Below are positions 51,603-61,949 of a stretch of 64,000 bases of DNA, piece after piece (positions within the stretch are counted from its first letter, which is position 1; each line of letters begins with the position of its first letter). This DNA is from Amphiscolops sp. MND2022 (Eukaryota). The stretch lies in NCBI GenBank assembly GCA_964187785.1, contig OZ076411.1:42470001-42534000 (forward strand). Direction: 5' to 3'. A program made the translations under genes and the position numbers. The notes below the pieces were generated by a model. The model was not told the DNA's origin. It did no database searches and saw only the letters and a list, made by a program, of their open reading frames with translations.

Positions 51603-53229
51603 GGACATATTGACATTCATTCTGTTGGAAAATACCATGAAATTGAAGCGGGACCCTTTGGTGCACTCGAAAAATTTTCGAAAAAATGTCTCATAGTGCT
51701 AAAAAAACCTAAGTTAAAAACACCAAGATAGCCAAAGGAGGATCCTTAGTATGTTGTCGAAGTTCTGGACGTTGGTGTTGTTTTTTTTGCTTTGGACATG
51801 GCTCTGACGTTTCGAGTTCGAGTATGTTTTGAACATTCAAGTTGTTGAACAAATGAACAAAAAAGTAGACCTTACACGTCTAAAAAACTACCCACTGTAA
51901 GAGTCGGACACTTTTCTTCAAAAGCGCCGACTAAAAACACGCAGCATGAATTCACATCTGAGTTAGAGCGACTATGAAATCTCCCCCAAATCATGTCGAA
52001 TATTTCACAAGTGCCTATATCCGCGAGGTGGCTATGCCAACAAATGTCACAATGAGAACAAGACTTTCGAGTCCAACTGCATTTACACTGAGATGAAAAA
52101 TTTTCATCGAAAATTGCCAATTATACAGAAAGACAACTTCCACAGCTTTCCATTGGAAGCTGTCACTAAATGTTCAGTCACTTTGGGACTTCTCAATCTT
52201 CAAGACAGCAAAGTGTTGTGGTACCCTCTTATTTGAAAGCTTCACTCATTTCAACTAATGGAGGGCATTGGCTAATGTCGATGTGCCGTTGTTATAGTAA
52301 TTTTCATGAAAAAACAAATCCTTTCTCTAGGTTACAACATTTCGTGAAAATTCCTACGGGCAAAATATCAACTGAAAAAGCGACTAACCGTTTCAATTTT
52401 GCTGGCTCATTCTTGATAAATTTTTTACTGTCATCTAGTGAAATAGATGTGAATGCTGAAGTTAACTTCTCTGCTTCGTCATTAGCGGTAAGATGTTTAT
52501 CAATAGCAGTGTGTTTCATCCGGACCTCATAACTCTCTAAAAACCAACTCATGAAAGTTCTCAAGAACATTGAGAATTAAAACTCAGGAAAATGAAAACA
52601 AGTGTTTTATTGAGAAGCTTTTCGAATGTCATCATTCATTTTCAATCATTCAATGTATCTAAAAAATATAATTACAACTTTCAGTTAAAGAAACAGAAAC
52701 ATCAATCACTGAGTGATTAACAGGACAGTCAACTGCCACACTAAAACACATAATTCAGTGTGTGGCTTCGGAATGCGTCTCGCGCCTAGAAGGCCGGCTT
52801 CGTTCGGCGAATAAACTGCAAGGGCCAACAGCAATCCCGGGTTCTGTTCAGTTGGCAAAACTCGACATTTTCAAAATCAAGGCTGGTACCGCATTGCAAA
52901 AGATGTTGGCCGACTGGTGACTTCTTGTTCCTATGTTCACGCAATCGTGTGTCGAAATGTCTGACTGTTTGCCCGACATAGGTTCCACAGCAAGTGGAGC
53001 AACTAATTTCATGAACCAAGTGACTACGGAGGGGTTTTGGAACAGAAGCTTTCAATGCACCAAGATGCGATTTGAGTTTGCTGGTGGTAAAATATACATT
53101 GAGATCCCAAAGTGGCAAAGGTCTTTTTCAGATTTTTGACAAAGGCGACAGACGAAGGGCCATGGTAGGATAACATCAACCGAATGCTTATGGTCTTTTG
53201 TGTTATATTTGGCTGTTTTGACGGGCTAC

Positions 53230-54015
53230 GTGGAATCAGGTCTAATGAAATAGATCTAAGAGAGGGGGCAAAACTGAGATCTAAATAAATTGATCTAAAT
53301 AATCAGGTCTAAAAATCTCTTCTAATTTGATCTAATTTGAGAAAAAAATGAGTCAATTAGGATCTAAAACGAAAAAGTGATAAAAGGTGCCTCGGATATG
53401 TCCCCATTTCCTCTAGTGCCCCGCGGCCCCTTGGGGCCGCTTATATTCCCATCTTGCTAAGCGAGGTCGAACAGGAGGGGTGGTTGTAAATAGGTCGAAT
53501 TATTCTGGTCGAAAGGAGAGGTCAAACTTTTTGATCGAATTGCAGGGATCGAATGGAATGCGGTCGAATTTTATCGTATTTGTTGTATGTAGTAGTAAAA
53601 GACTTAAATTCTACTTTTCTGTAGATATTAAACAGCCTGATTATTTATGATTGAAAATATAAGAAACAAAAATCAACAGCAATAGCACTTCAAAAACCTT
53701 CTACAATCCGATTTATTATATGGCTCGGTATAATCCCATTCAAAAATTTGGTATGTCGACCTGAGGACTAACTCGATCCCGTTCCTTCCTACTTCCGCCC
53801 ACCCGAACAGGAGCAAAGACCTAGCGGGAACGGATCGCACAGCGATCGTAGAGGGAGCTGGTCTTTGCGACGGTGAGGGTGAGCGTGCATACATCGCATA
53901 TGCCCATTATATTTTCGCTTTCAGAACACATATTAGATCATAAAGGGGTTGAACCTAAGTATTTTAGATAATATTAGATCTGAAAGTTAGACCTAACAGT
54001 TAGATCTGATTCCAC
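53230..54015. mobile_element. Foldback-type MITE with GATCTAA arms and GC-rich core X
   Basis: GTGGAATCAGGTCTAA / TTAGATCTGATTCCAC ends; arm repeats inverted; no clean TSD seen. Confidence 0.6.
53478..53804. mobile_element. Small G-ended TIR element (Mutator-like by TSD length) containing an inverted LINE 3' fragment
   Basis: 9-bp duplication GAACAGGAG (53469-53477, 53805-53813); ends GGGGTGG / CCACCC; GTCGAA repeats. Confidence 0.55.
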
Positions 54016-54386
54016 TAGACCCAAGCAATTAGATCAAAGGCGTACACTCCGTTTTGACGATTTCTCTGCCGCCAATTATTTTATCCAATGTAGAACCGGT
54101 AATTTTTTCGACAAATCTGCAGGATAATGGGGACCGCAACTAAGGTCTAAGGAATAGGATCTAAAGAAATTTTGTAACTAAGATCTAAAGAACTAAGATC
54201 TAAAAAGCATGCACCGTAACTAAGGTCTAAATTGAATTAGAATAACGTCTAAGGAATAATGTGGGGTCATATACCGTGTATGCACGCTCGCCCTCACCGT
54301 CGCAAAGACCAGCTCCCACTACGATCGCTTCGCGATCTCCGTTCCTTCTGGGTTGTGATAAACTTATTAAATAGTTTCCGGTTGTG

Positions 54387-55199
54387 ATGCCTCCAAAAAG
54401 ACAGACGAAGCAGACAAACAGCAAAAGTGCAACTACTGACCTCCTACCCTGTGCAAAAGAAACGTGTGGAAAATGTGATGTGGAGGTAGTTGACGGGGAT
54501 TCAGCCCTGGCCTGTGAACAATGCCTCAGGTACTTCCACGGGGTCTGCTTGGGCGTAAACAATGCTGTGGTGACGGCAATGGGGAATCTCCCTGGGTGCT
54601 ACTGGTTCTGTGAAGAGTGTGATGGACCTCAGCGGGCTCGTGTGGATCTGCCAAAGGAAACTGAAAAGCTAAGTAAAATGGTTTCTCATTTGAATACATT
54701 AGTAGCAAAGATTCCTCCTCTTGAGATACCAAAAACTCCTGATTCATCGACTGCTAAAATAATGAATGTAATGACTGATGATTATAAATGTCAAGTACGT
54801 ATCTCTGGCATTGAAGAAACTCCTGAAAACACTGCATCAAAACAGATGATTAAAGATCAAGTTCAAATTGAAGAAGTCCTTGAGAAAATTGACTGTTCCT
54901 TCCCGATCAAAGGTGTAAGACGAATGGGCCGCTATTACCCAGGACGCAAACGGAAAGTTTTAATAACATTCCAATCACCATGGGAAGCACGGCTGGTCAT
55001 TGCCAAAGCGATTGAAAATAACCTCTTCCAGGAACACAAAGTACTGATTACTCCTGGGCTTTCCAAAGAAGACGCATTGCGCGAGAAAACGCTCCTGCAA
55101 AAGAGATATGATATGATACAGAATGGCACTGATTCAAAAACTTTGAAAATTAGAAAACTTAAACTCTACCAAAATGGCAAGGAGGTTCAAATTGAATGA
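54387..55199 (+). CDS. LINE ORF1 with N-terminal PHD finger
   Basis: C4HC3 pattern CGKC..CEQC..FHGVC..WFCEEC, followed by an RRM-like VRISGIEE..RRMGR..RKVLITF..ITPGLS region. Confidence 0.9.
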   Translation: MPPKRQTKQTNSKSATTDLLPCAKETCGKCDVEVVDGDSALACEQCLRYFHGVCLGVNNAVVTAMGNLPGCYWFCEECDGPQRARVDLPKETEKLSKMVSHLNTLVAKIPPLEIPKTPDSSTAKIMNVMTDDYKCQVRISGIEETPENTASKQMIKDQVQIEEVLEKIDCSFPIKGVRRMGRYYPGRKRKVLITFQSPWEARLVIAKAIENNLFQEHKVLITPGLSKEDALREKTLLQKRYDMIQNGTDSKTLKIRKLKLYQNGKEVQIE

Positions 55200-55208
55200 C
55201 TCACAAAG

Positions 55209-58019
55209 TTGGAAGAAAAAGTTTCTAAAATTCTCTACTTGAATGTGCAAGGTCTCTTATCGTTCCAAAAATGTATTGATTTACAAAAGCTTTATCTGAC
55301 TGGTTCATATGATTTGATGCTGTTATGCGAAACCTGGTTTGACGAAAATGTTGAATCGATTATATTTCCTAATGACATCCCAACAGTCCTGAATCGAGCG
55401 GATCGGAAGGATGGTTCACATGGTGGTGTGGTGATATGCTCGAATACTTTGGATACATCTCCGGTCAAAACAAATTTCGACTTCGGTTGCGCTGTTATTT
55501 TCCAGAACTGCTTGGTGATAGTTATTTATAATCCTCCCCTGACCAGCAAATACCGGATAATGGATAAACATCTCCTCAATTTTATTAAATCGGTTATTTG
55601 CAAAGCTTTTTGGTCGGTCGAGAAAAATATCTTAGTGTTAGGCGATTTCAATATCCCTTCGATTAATTGGGCACTCTTTCCCGCTCAAATTCCCGAGGAG
55701 TACTCCGAAGTTTTCAATTTCTTCATTCACAATGGCTTTGATCAATTAATTCATCAAACGACCCATGACGGAGGCAATATTCTAGACCTTTGTTTTGCAA
55801 ACTTTGACATTCAATCAATCTCTGTGTCGGGAAAAAATTTCCAGTCTGACCACTTCGGAATAACTATTATTTTAGAAACTTTTCATCTTAAAAAGTGGGA
55901 AATGCCTCAATCCAACTCAACCTTCTCCCTTACTCCAGATGCGGTGGAAAACATAAAGCTTGACCTATCTGACAATATATTTTCAATGGTACAGCCAAAT
56001 TCCGAATCTACTTATAGCCAGAATTGGTTCGATAATTTCGACGAAATTCTGAAGAAACACATGAGAAAGAAACGTCAAAAGCGTTTGAGTCTACCGTTCT
56101 ATTACACTTCGCATTCGATTCACCTTTATAATCAATTGAAAACCCTTGCATCTTCAACGAAAAATTACAACATATCAAAATTTATGTCAGTGAAAAAAGA
56201 CCTCTTGGAGTCTATTGAGTTGGATATCCATTGTTTTGTTAACCATTTTGTTAGTAACAACACGAGAATGCATGACTGTTATAATCTAGTCAGATCTTTC
56301 AAAAATTCTTCGTCCTATCCCTCAAAAATGACATGGGAGAAAAAGAATTTCTCTGGTAAACCTGATATTGCCAATGCTTTCAACGACTTTTTCTTTTGCC
56401 AATATCAAGAATGTTCAACTATCAAAAATTTCAACAACTTCGATGAATTAGAATTGAATGATGTTGAAATCACTCTAGATGAAGTGTACTCAGTTCTAAA
56501 CTGTTGCACGAATGGAACTGGACCGGATGGTCTTTCTGGGTTTCTACTGCGACAGATTTCCAACGAATTTAGCATTCATTTTCTTAAATTGGCAGAACAC
56601 ATTCTCAGTACATCAATTTTCCCTGCAAACTGGAAAACAACTTTCATTAGACCAATGCACAAAAAGAAATGTAAAACGGTAATCGAAAATTACAGACCTG
56701 TAGCATCTTTATCCCGTCTTTCAATTTGTTTTGAACGGCTCCTTTTTAAAAAACTTTATCCCCACTGCTCAAAAAAGATATCCCATTTACAGCATGGGTT
56801 CATGAAAAGCAAATCGATACAATCCCAATTGTTAATTCACTTAGATTACATATACAACAACCTCGACAGAGGAGATGAAGTTTTCACAGTTTATCTTGAT
56901 TTCAGCAAAGCGTTTGATCGTGTTGATCATGAGATTTTATTGAAAAAGGTTGCCAGTTTTGGGATTGGTGGCAATATACTCAAACTCTTGAAAAGTTATC
57001 TCGAAGATCGTGAACAACGAGTTAAAATTGACGACTGTCTCTCAACTGCCCTTCCAATCAAAAGTGGTGTCCCCCAAGGCTCGGTTATTGGACCTTTATT
57101 ATTTTTAATCTTCATTAATGATTTGCCTGGTGTTTGTGTCGACTCAATAATGTTACTCTTTGCAGACGATTCGAAAATCTCAAATGCTGATCCCATTGAA
57201 CTCCAGAATGATCTTATAAGGATTTATAACTGGGCGAAAGCAAATAAAATGGAATTCAATAACACGAAAACTGAACTACTATGGTTTACTCTTCATCGCT
57301 ATAAAATTTCTGATAGACGTGTATTGGTCTTTGATTCTAAAGATATTGAGTTTTCTACGGTCCCTATTAAAGATTTGGGTATCAATTTTACGTCTGATTT
57401 GAAATGGTCAGCCCACATCGATGTTCGTATTAGAAAAGCTTTTTCACGATTCATGATGTTAAAGCGGTCCTTACCGACTACCTTACCGGCTAATGTAAAA
57501 TCACAAGTTTACAAACTTTATATCCTACCAATAATCACCTATGGATCAGTCCTATGGTTTCCCAACAAGACTGATTTATCGAAATTAGAAGTCTTTCAAA
57601 ATAAAGTTATTCGTTGGTTTGGACTTATAGATGATTATAAGGATCGGTTATTAGCCCTAAATTTGCTTCCCTTTTCTCTGCTGTTTCAGTTGAACGACCT
57701 CCTATTCCTACATCAATGTATTGTGAACGATTCTCCGATATGTTCAGGACTGCTCTACAAAGAATCTCTCCGCCATTATGACACCCGATTTTCATCACGA
57801 AAACTTCTCTTTAAAAAGAAAACAAGACTGAAGTCCACTGACAGCTTTTTCATAAACAGAGTTGTTAATCTAGCTAATTTCGTATCATCGAAATTCGAGA
57901 TTGACTTCTTTGACACGACCTCATTTAAGCCTAAACTGAAAAATATTTTCCGAAACTACCTTAAATATGGCTATGATAAATCGGATTGTAGAAGGTTTTT
58001 GAAGTGCTATTGCTGTTGA
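55209..58019 (+). CDS. LINE ORF2: AP-like endonuclease and reverse transcriptase (true start uncertain)
   Basis: ILYLNVQG, LCETW, LGDFN, SDH, GPDG, NYRPVA, QHGF, YLDFSKAFDRVDH, GVPQGSVIGP and LFADD motifs; 936 codons without a stop. Confidence 0.93.
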   Translation: MEEKVSKILYLNVQGLLSFQKCIDLQKLYLTGSYDLMLLCETWFDENVESIIFPNDIPTVLNRADRKDGSHGGVVICSNTLDTSPVKTNFDFGCAVIFQNCLVIVIYNPPLTSKYRIMDKHLLNFIKSVICKAFWSVEKNILVLGDFNIPSINWALFPAQIPEEYSEVFNFFIHNGFDQLIHQTTHDGGNILDLCFANFDIQSISVSGKNFQSDHFGITIILETFHLKKWEMPQSNSTFSLTPDAVENIKLDLSDNIFSMVQPNSESTYSQNWFDNFDEILKKHMRKKRQKRLSLPFYYTSHSIHLYNQLKTLASSTKNYNISKFMSVKKDLLESIELDIHCFVNHFVSNNTRMHDCYNLVRSFKNSSSYPSKMTWEKKNFSGKPDIANAFNDFFFCQYQECSTIKNFNNFDELELNDVEITLDEVYSVLNCCTNGTGPDGLSGFLLRQISNEFSIHFLKLAEHILSTSIFPANWKTTFIRPMHKKKCKTVIENYRPVASLSRLSICFERLLFKKLYPHCSKKISHLQHGFMKSKSIQSQLLIHLDYIYNNLDRGDEVFTVYLDFSKAFDRVDHEILLKKVASFGIGGNILKLLKSYLEDREQRVKIDDCLSTALPIKSGVPQGSVIGPLLFLIFINDLPGVCVDSIMLLFADDSKISNADPIELQNDLIRIYNWAKANKMEFNNTKTELLWFTLHRYKISDRRVLVFDSKDIEFSTVPIKDLGINFTSDLKWSAHIDVRIRKAFSRFMMLKRSLPTTLPANVKSQVYKLYILPIITYGSVLWFPNKTDLSKLEVFQNKVIRWFGLIDDYKDRLLALNLLPFSLLFQLNDLLFLHQCIVNDSPICSGLLYKESLRHYDTRFSSRKLLFKKKTRLKSTDSFFINRVVNLANFVSSKFEIDFFDTTSFKPKLKNIFRNYLKYGYDKSDCRRFLKCYCC

Positions 58020-59432
58020 TTTTTGTTTCCTATATTTTCAATCATAAATAATCAGGCTGTTTAATATCTACAGAAAAGTAGAATTTAAGTCTTTTACTAC
58101 AGGGTCTTTGCTCCTGTTCGACCTCGCTTAGCAAGATGGGAACATAAGCGGCCCCGAGGGGCCGCAGGGCACTTGAGGAAATGGGGACCAATCTGAGGCA
58201 CGTTTTATACTTTAAAGCATTTTATACTTTACCCGTAACATCTAAAAAATGGGAATAACGGAAATCAAAACGGGAATAACGTCTAAAATTTAGACTTTCG
58301 GTACGATTCGGGAGGTGGCATTCTCTAGATCTTAGTTACAGATCTTAGTTCTTTAGATCTTAGTTACAGAAATGCGTTTCGATCTTATTCCTTAGATCGT
58401 AGTTTGTGCCCACGAGGATAATGATTATCACGCAGTATTGCTTGGGCTTTTTTCAATCCCTGATGGAAATTGGACAAGATTGAACAAGTGTTTAAAATCC
58501 TGTGTACGAAACCGGACACTATACCAGATTTTTAACTACTGGGCGATTTACAGTTGTAGTTGAGCATCACCAGTGTCGGTGTTCATGGTAAACCAGGAGG
58601 TCTCGATTTTGTTTCCGCATGATTGACACGCATGTCCAAAAAGGATAACGCACAAGTTTCTTCCTCAATTTCCAGCGTGAATTTCAGATTCGGATGCATG
58701 GTGTTGACAAAGACCATCAGAATGTTTTCTCCTCCTTTTAACATCGTTCGTAAAATGTCTCCAACGTACCTGTAGTAGAACGGGCTAAAAAGGCTAAGTT
58801 CACGGTCAATCTTTGACAAAAAAACGTTGGCGTGTAGTGGCTCTACGGGACTGCCCATTGCCAGCACATCGGTTTGTTTGAAATAGCCTCGGTTTGTTGA
58901 GAATACGACATCCTTAGATACCAATTCAATAAGGATATGAAGGTATCCTTATCAATTGGCGGTTGGAATTTTGCGTCGTCTGAATAAATGAGGTCTGATG
59001 TATACTCAATGGCTTCATTTATAGGGACATTCGTGAAAAGCCCTTCAACATCGAGACTGACCAATTGAGAATTAAAATGACTGAAAAAAGTGCGCTTCCT
59101 CAAATGCAAAAAGCTTAAACGAGATTCCACTCTCAGATGACATAGATCAATACTCTTGTGCCGTTTAGGTCATCTTGTAGTTGGGAGATGACAAACACCC
59201 GGGGTGTGCAAACGAAATAAATGATGAAGCACTACTACTGATGCCAGCCACTATCCCAGTATATTGACAGAACCAAAACTGCAAAACAAAAAACGACAAA
59301 CCTCGTTGATCTTCGAGTTGCAAGAAGAAATTTTGACCCAACGAACAGTTCCATATAGAATGAATATCTTCGAAAGCATCTATAAAAACGGCGTTGTTAG
59401 TGATAAGTCGAATGATTGGTGAGATTAAAGAA

Positions 59433-59510
59433 GCCATTTGGTCTAAGGGTTAAGGCGATTGACTGCTAGCTAGATCTGTATTGAGATGCAGGTTCGAGTC
59501 CTGTAATAGC
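59433..59510 (+). pseudogene. tRNA-Ser(GCT)-like sequence, copy 1
   Basis: A box TGGTCTAAGGG, TTAAGGCGATTGACTGCTA, long variable arm, T arm GCAGG-TTCGAGT-CCTGT and a downstream T4; anticodon stem pairs poorly. Confidence 0.55.
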
Positions 59511-59689
59511 TATTTTCTCACAATCATGTCGAGCTTGGGTTGTTTTACTGGTAGCCATTACATAAGTGGCTTGAATCCCCAGTTGTGTTGTGTTCAACTG
59601 GGAGCTGTGTGGCATCAGCTTCAGTTAGAAGGGAATAATATAACAACGGCGTTGTTAGTGATAAGTCGAATGATTGGTGAGATTAAATA

Positions 59690-59769
59690 GGCCATTTGGT
59701 CTAAGGGTTAAGGCGCTTGACTGCTAGCTAGATCTGTCTTGAGATGCAAGTTCGAGTCCTGTAATGGCT
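59690..59769 (+). pseudogene. tRNA-Ser(GCT)-like sequence, copy 2
   Basis: 7-bp acceptor stem GGCCATT/AATGGCT, D stem GTCT/AGGC, GCT anticodon position and B box; anticodon stem pairs poorly. Confidence 0.55.
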
Positions 59770-59809
59770 ATTTTCTCACAATCATGTCGAGCTTGGGTTG
59801 TTATACATC

Positions 59810-60230
59810 TCTGTCGCTCACTGTTCCTAAAGCACTTGCCGCATTGCCGATTTGTAGAGCCATTGAGATAGGTTGCTTCAAAAACCTACCGGTTCGCTGA
59901 CCATCGTGCTAATGCTGACCAATTTACAGAAGCGGGTTTTGAATGTTTCACAAAAAGTACTCTGTAAGGCTGAAAGATGTATCCGTTGTCAACCCATCTT
60001 GATACTTCTCAAACTTCCCCGTGATTCTCCCATTAGTGGCGGTGGTTGCGGGGTTGCACAATGAGCCTTGATTCACGCGACTGGATGAAAGGGTATCGAT
60101 AACCGTGACATCCCATACAAACTGTTTACCCGTTTTCCAAGGAATCATGGTAAAACCGTCTGGGTGTTTGACGTCAGTCAGGTTCAGCACAGTCCACGGC
60201 GTTCCTGTATTGAAGGCAGCTCTAGAGAGC
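59810..60230 (-). pseudogene. 3' fragment of an RLE-type (CRE-like) non-LTR retrotransposon
   Basis: HPDGFTMIPWKTGKQFVWDVTVIDTL..KY motif, typical of the restriction-like endonuclease C-terminus. Confidence 0.7.
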
Positions 60231-60619
60231 TGAGCGTTTACTCCATGAGTGAGTTAAGGTTACCATGACTTTTAATGCCGGATTCTGGACGTTTCGGCGA
60301 CAAAATGGAAGCGGACGTTTCGGCGACAACACTGTTGCCGAAACGTCTTTGTCGCCGAAACCTCCTCCAAAAGCTGAAAACATGAACGAAACAGGGGGAA
60401 CAGGAATAACGTTTAAGGAAAAACGTCTGAAAATGGAATAACGTCTAAAAGCGTTTAAAATATTTGGGGAATTCCCAAGCAGCCGAAATTCCAAACAAAT
60501 GAAAATGAGAAACTAGTCTCAAACAGCAGAATATTTCTTTATGCTGCAATGTGAATAGCTGAAATTTGAAATCGAATTGAATTCACCAAGTTGAAAAAGC
60601 GTGTCAGATTTTGTCGGAA

Positions 60620-60760
60620 TTATTATTATAACGTAGTCAGCTATGTTCACATACCCATATTTCCCTAAATTCAGGAGCGAAGCGGAGCGGACGACGTGCC
60701 ATATGGTGATGCCTCAATGTTGCTACTTGGCGAAGGGAGCGAAGCCATACAATAAATCTT
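60620..60760 (+). repeat. Third copy of core Y
   Basis: CAGCTATGTTCACATACCC...GGAGCGAAGCG...TTGCTACTTGGCGAAGGGAGCGAAGC, as at about 1255-1390 and 22360-22510. Confidence 0.8.
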
Positions 60761-60909
60761 CAAACTTTTTCAAATGAATCTAAATTCAACATATTGGCTG
60801 CAACAGCACTAAAAGCTAGTAATTTGAATTCTGCTGTATGGGACCAAGTTTTCATTTTCAGCTGAATGAATAGACATCAAAATTTTTCTGTATTTTCCCC
60901 CACTCAGCA

Positions 60910-61380
60910 TGGGTTCATATACGGTGTATGCACGTTCGCTCTCACCGTGGCAAAAAACCAGCTCCCAACACGATTGCTTCGCATCTGTACCCGCTCCAAA
61001 GGGCTGCGGGGCACTAGAGGATGTGGTGGCATATCCGAGTCACGTTTTATTGTAGCAAAGGTATCTATGAAGGTGGTGGAAGTTTAAATTGAATCAATTT
61101 GCGCGAATTTGCAATCTGTCACCGAAATTGTAGTGAAATTGTCAAAGAAAATGTAATAGAATCAATGTTTAGATATACCTAGCGTTTTCAAATAACAATC
61201 TTTTGTGGCCTTCGTTTGTGCCCGCAATTCCTCAAAAGCCCGCGGCACCTTATGGTTGCTTATGTTCCCATCTTGCTAAGCGAGGTCGAACAGGAGCAAA
61301 GACCTAGCGGGAACGGAGATCCCGAAGCAATCGCAGGTATACACCGCATAATATGCAGGTATACACCGTATATGAACCCA
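60910..61380. repeat. Two partial core-X copies in inverted orientation
   Basis: Perfect 20-bp inverted ends TGGGTTCATATACGGTGTAT (60910-60929) / ATACACCGTATATGAACCCA (61361-61380). Confidence 0.7.
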
Positions 61381-61392
61381 TATTAGGTGGGG

Positions 61393-61780
61393 AACAAGAC
61401 GGGAACGTCCCAAGTCGGCGCCATATCTTAGGCTCAAAAATATTCAAGGAACAACTATTGTAAAAGTATGGAAAAAAAATTTTTCAAAAAAATTATTTTT
61501 GAAATTTTTTTCAAAAAAAAAGTATTTTTTAAGTCGCAAAATGCCGAAAAAAATCCAAAGGGGAGACCCTTTGGGCACGTCCGGTTGTGTATGTTTCCTT
61601 GAAAAAGTAAAAACTGAAAGGGGGACCCTTTGGAGTAAAGTTTGCCTTCTGCGCAGAATTGCAGAATTGTAAGAAAAGTGGACCACTCAGAGTGAGATTG
61701 TCAACTGAAAAAAACAAAAAAAAACTACTCACTGTAAGAGTCGGGCTTTTTTCCTTAAGGGAAAAGGCGCCGACTAAAAA
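61393..61780 (+). mobile_element. GTCGGCGC/GCGCCGAC-family repeat copy
   Basis: AACAAGACGGGAACGTCCCAAGTCGGCGCCATATC start and AGTCGGG...GGCGCCGACTAAAAA end. Confidence 0.65.
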
Positions 61781-61949
61781 CACCTAAAATGTTTTAAACG
61801 CTTTTAAACGCTTTGCAGGAGCAAAACTACCATTATTGGAACAATTCGCTCTCAAAATTTTCGACCTGGTTTTTCGATCACACAAAAATTCGATCTCAAA
61901 ATACTCCACCTCTCAAAGTGTTGCATCGGAATATAGCTGGAACTTGTAC

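Larger units (their letters stand above)
43738..51936 (+). mobile_element. GTCGGCGC/GCGCCGAC-family repeat(s) hosting the BEL/Pao insertion (parts 43738-44750 and 51603-51936)
   Basis: AAGTCGGCGCCATATCTAAGGCTC start and GCGCCGACTAAAAA end; family-type sequence on both sides of the LTR element. Confidence 0.55.
54346..58100 (+). mobile_element. Full-length CR1/L2-type LINE
   Basis: Short 5' UTR, ORF1, ORF2, 3' UTR and short TAC-repeat tail; splits core X into 54263-54345 and 58101-58190. Confidence 0.92.
54129..58414. mobile_element. Foldback-type MITE (GATCTAA arms, core X) expanded by a LINE insertion
   Basis: 8-bp TSD AGGATAAT (54121-54128, 58415-58422); inverted CTAAGGAATA.GATC arms. Confidence 0.7.
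52740..59150 (-). mobile_element. Degenerate Penelope-like element, split by nested insertions
   Basis: RT motifs LVSLDVEGLFTNVP, AMGSP and YRYVGD (58583-59130), thumb region ..DNHYP (about 58420-58580), continuation ..FVEKITGSTLDKII (about 54040-54120), and GIY-YIG-like CSTCCGTYVGQTVRHFDTRLREH (52786-53118). Confidence 0.8.

Noticed and set aside
45147-55199. JmjC (eraser) and PHD (reader) proteins within 10 kb as one functional system
   Set aside because: They belong to independent elements with separate boundaries, and PHD-containing ORF1 is already known in CR1-type LINEs; the proximity is best treated as coincidence.
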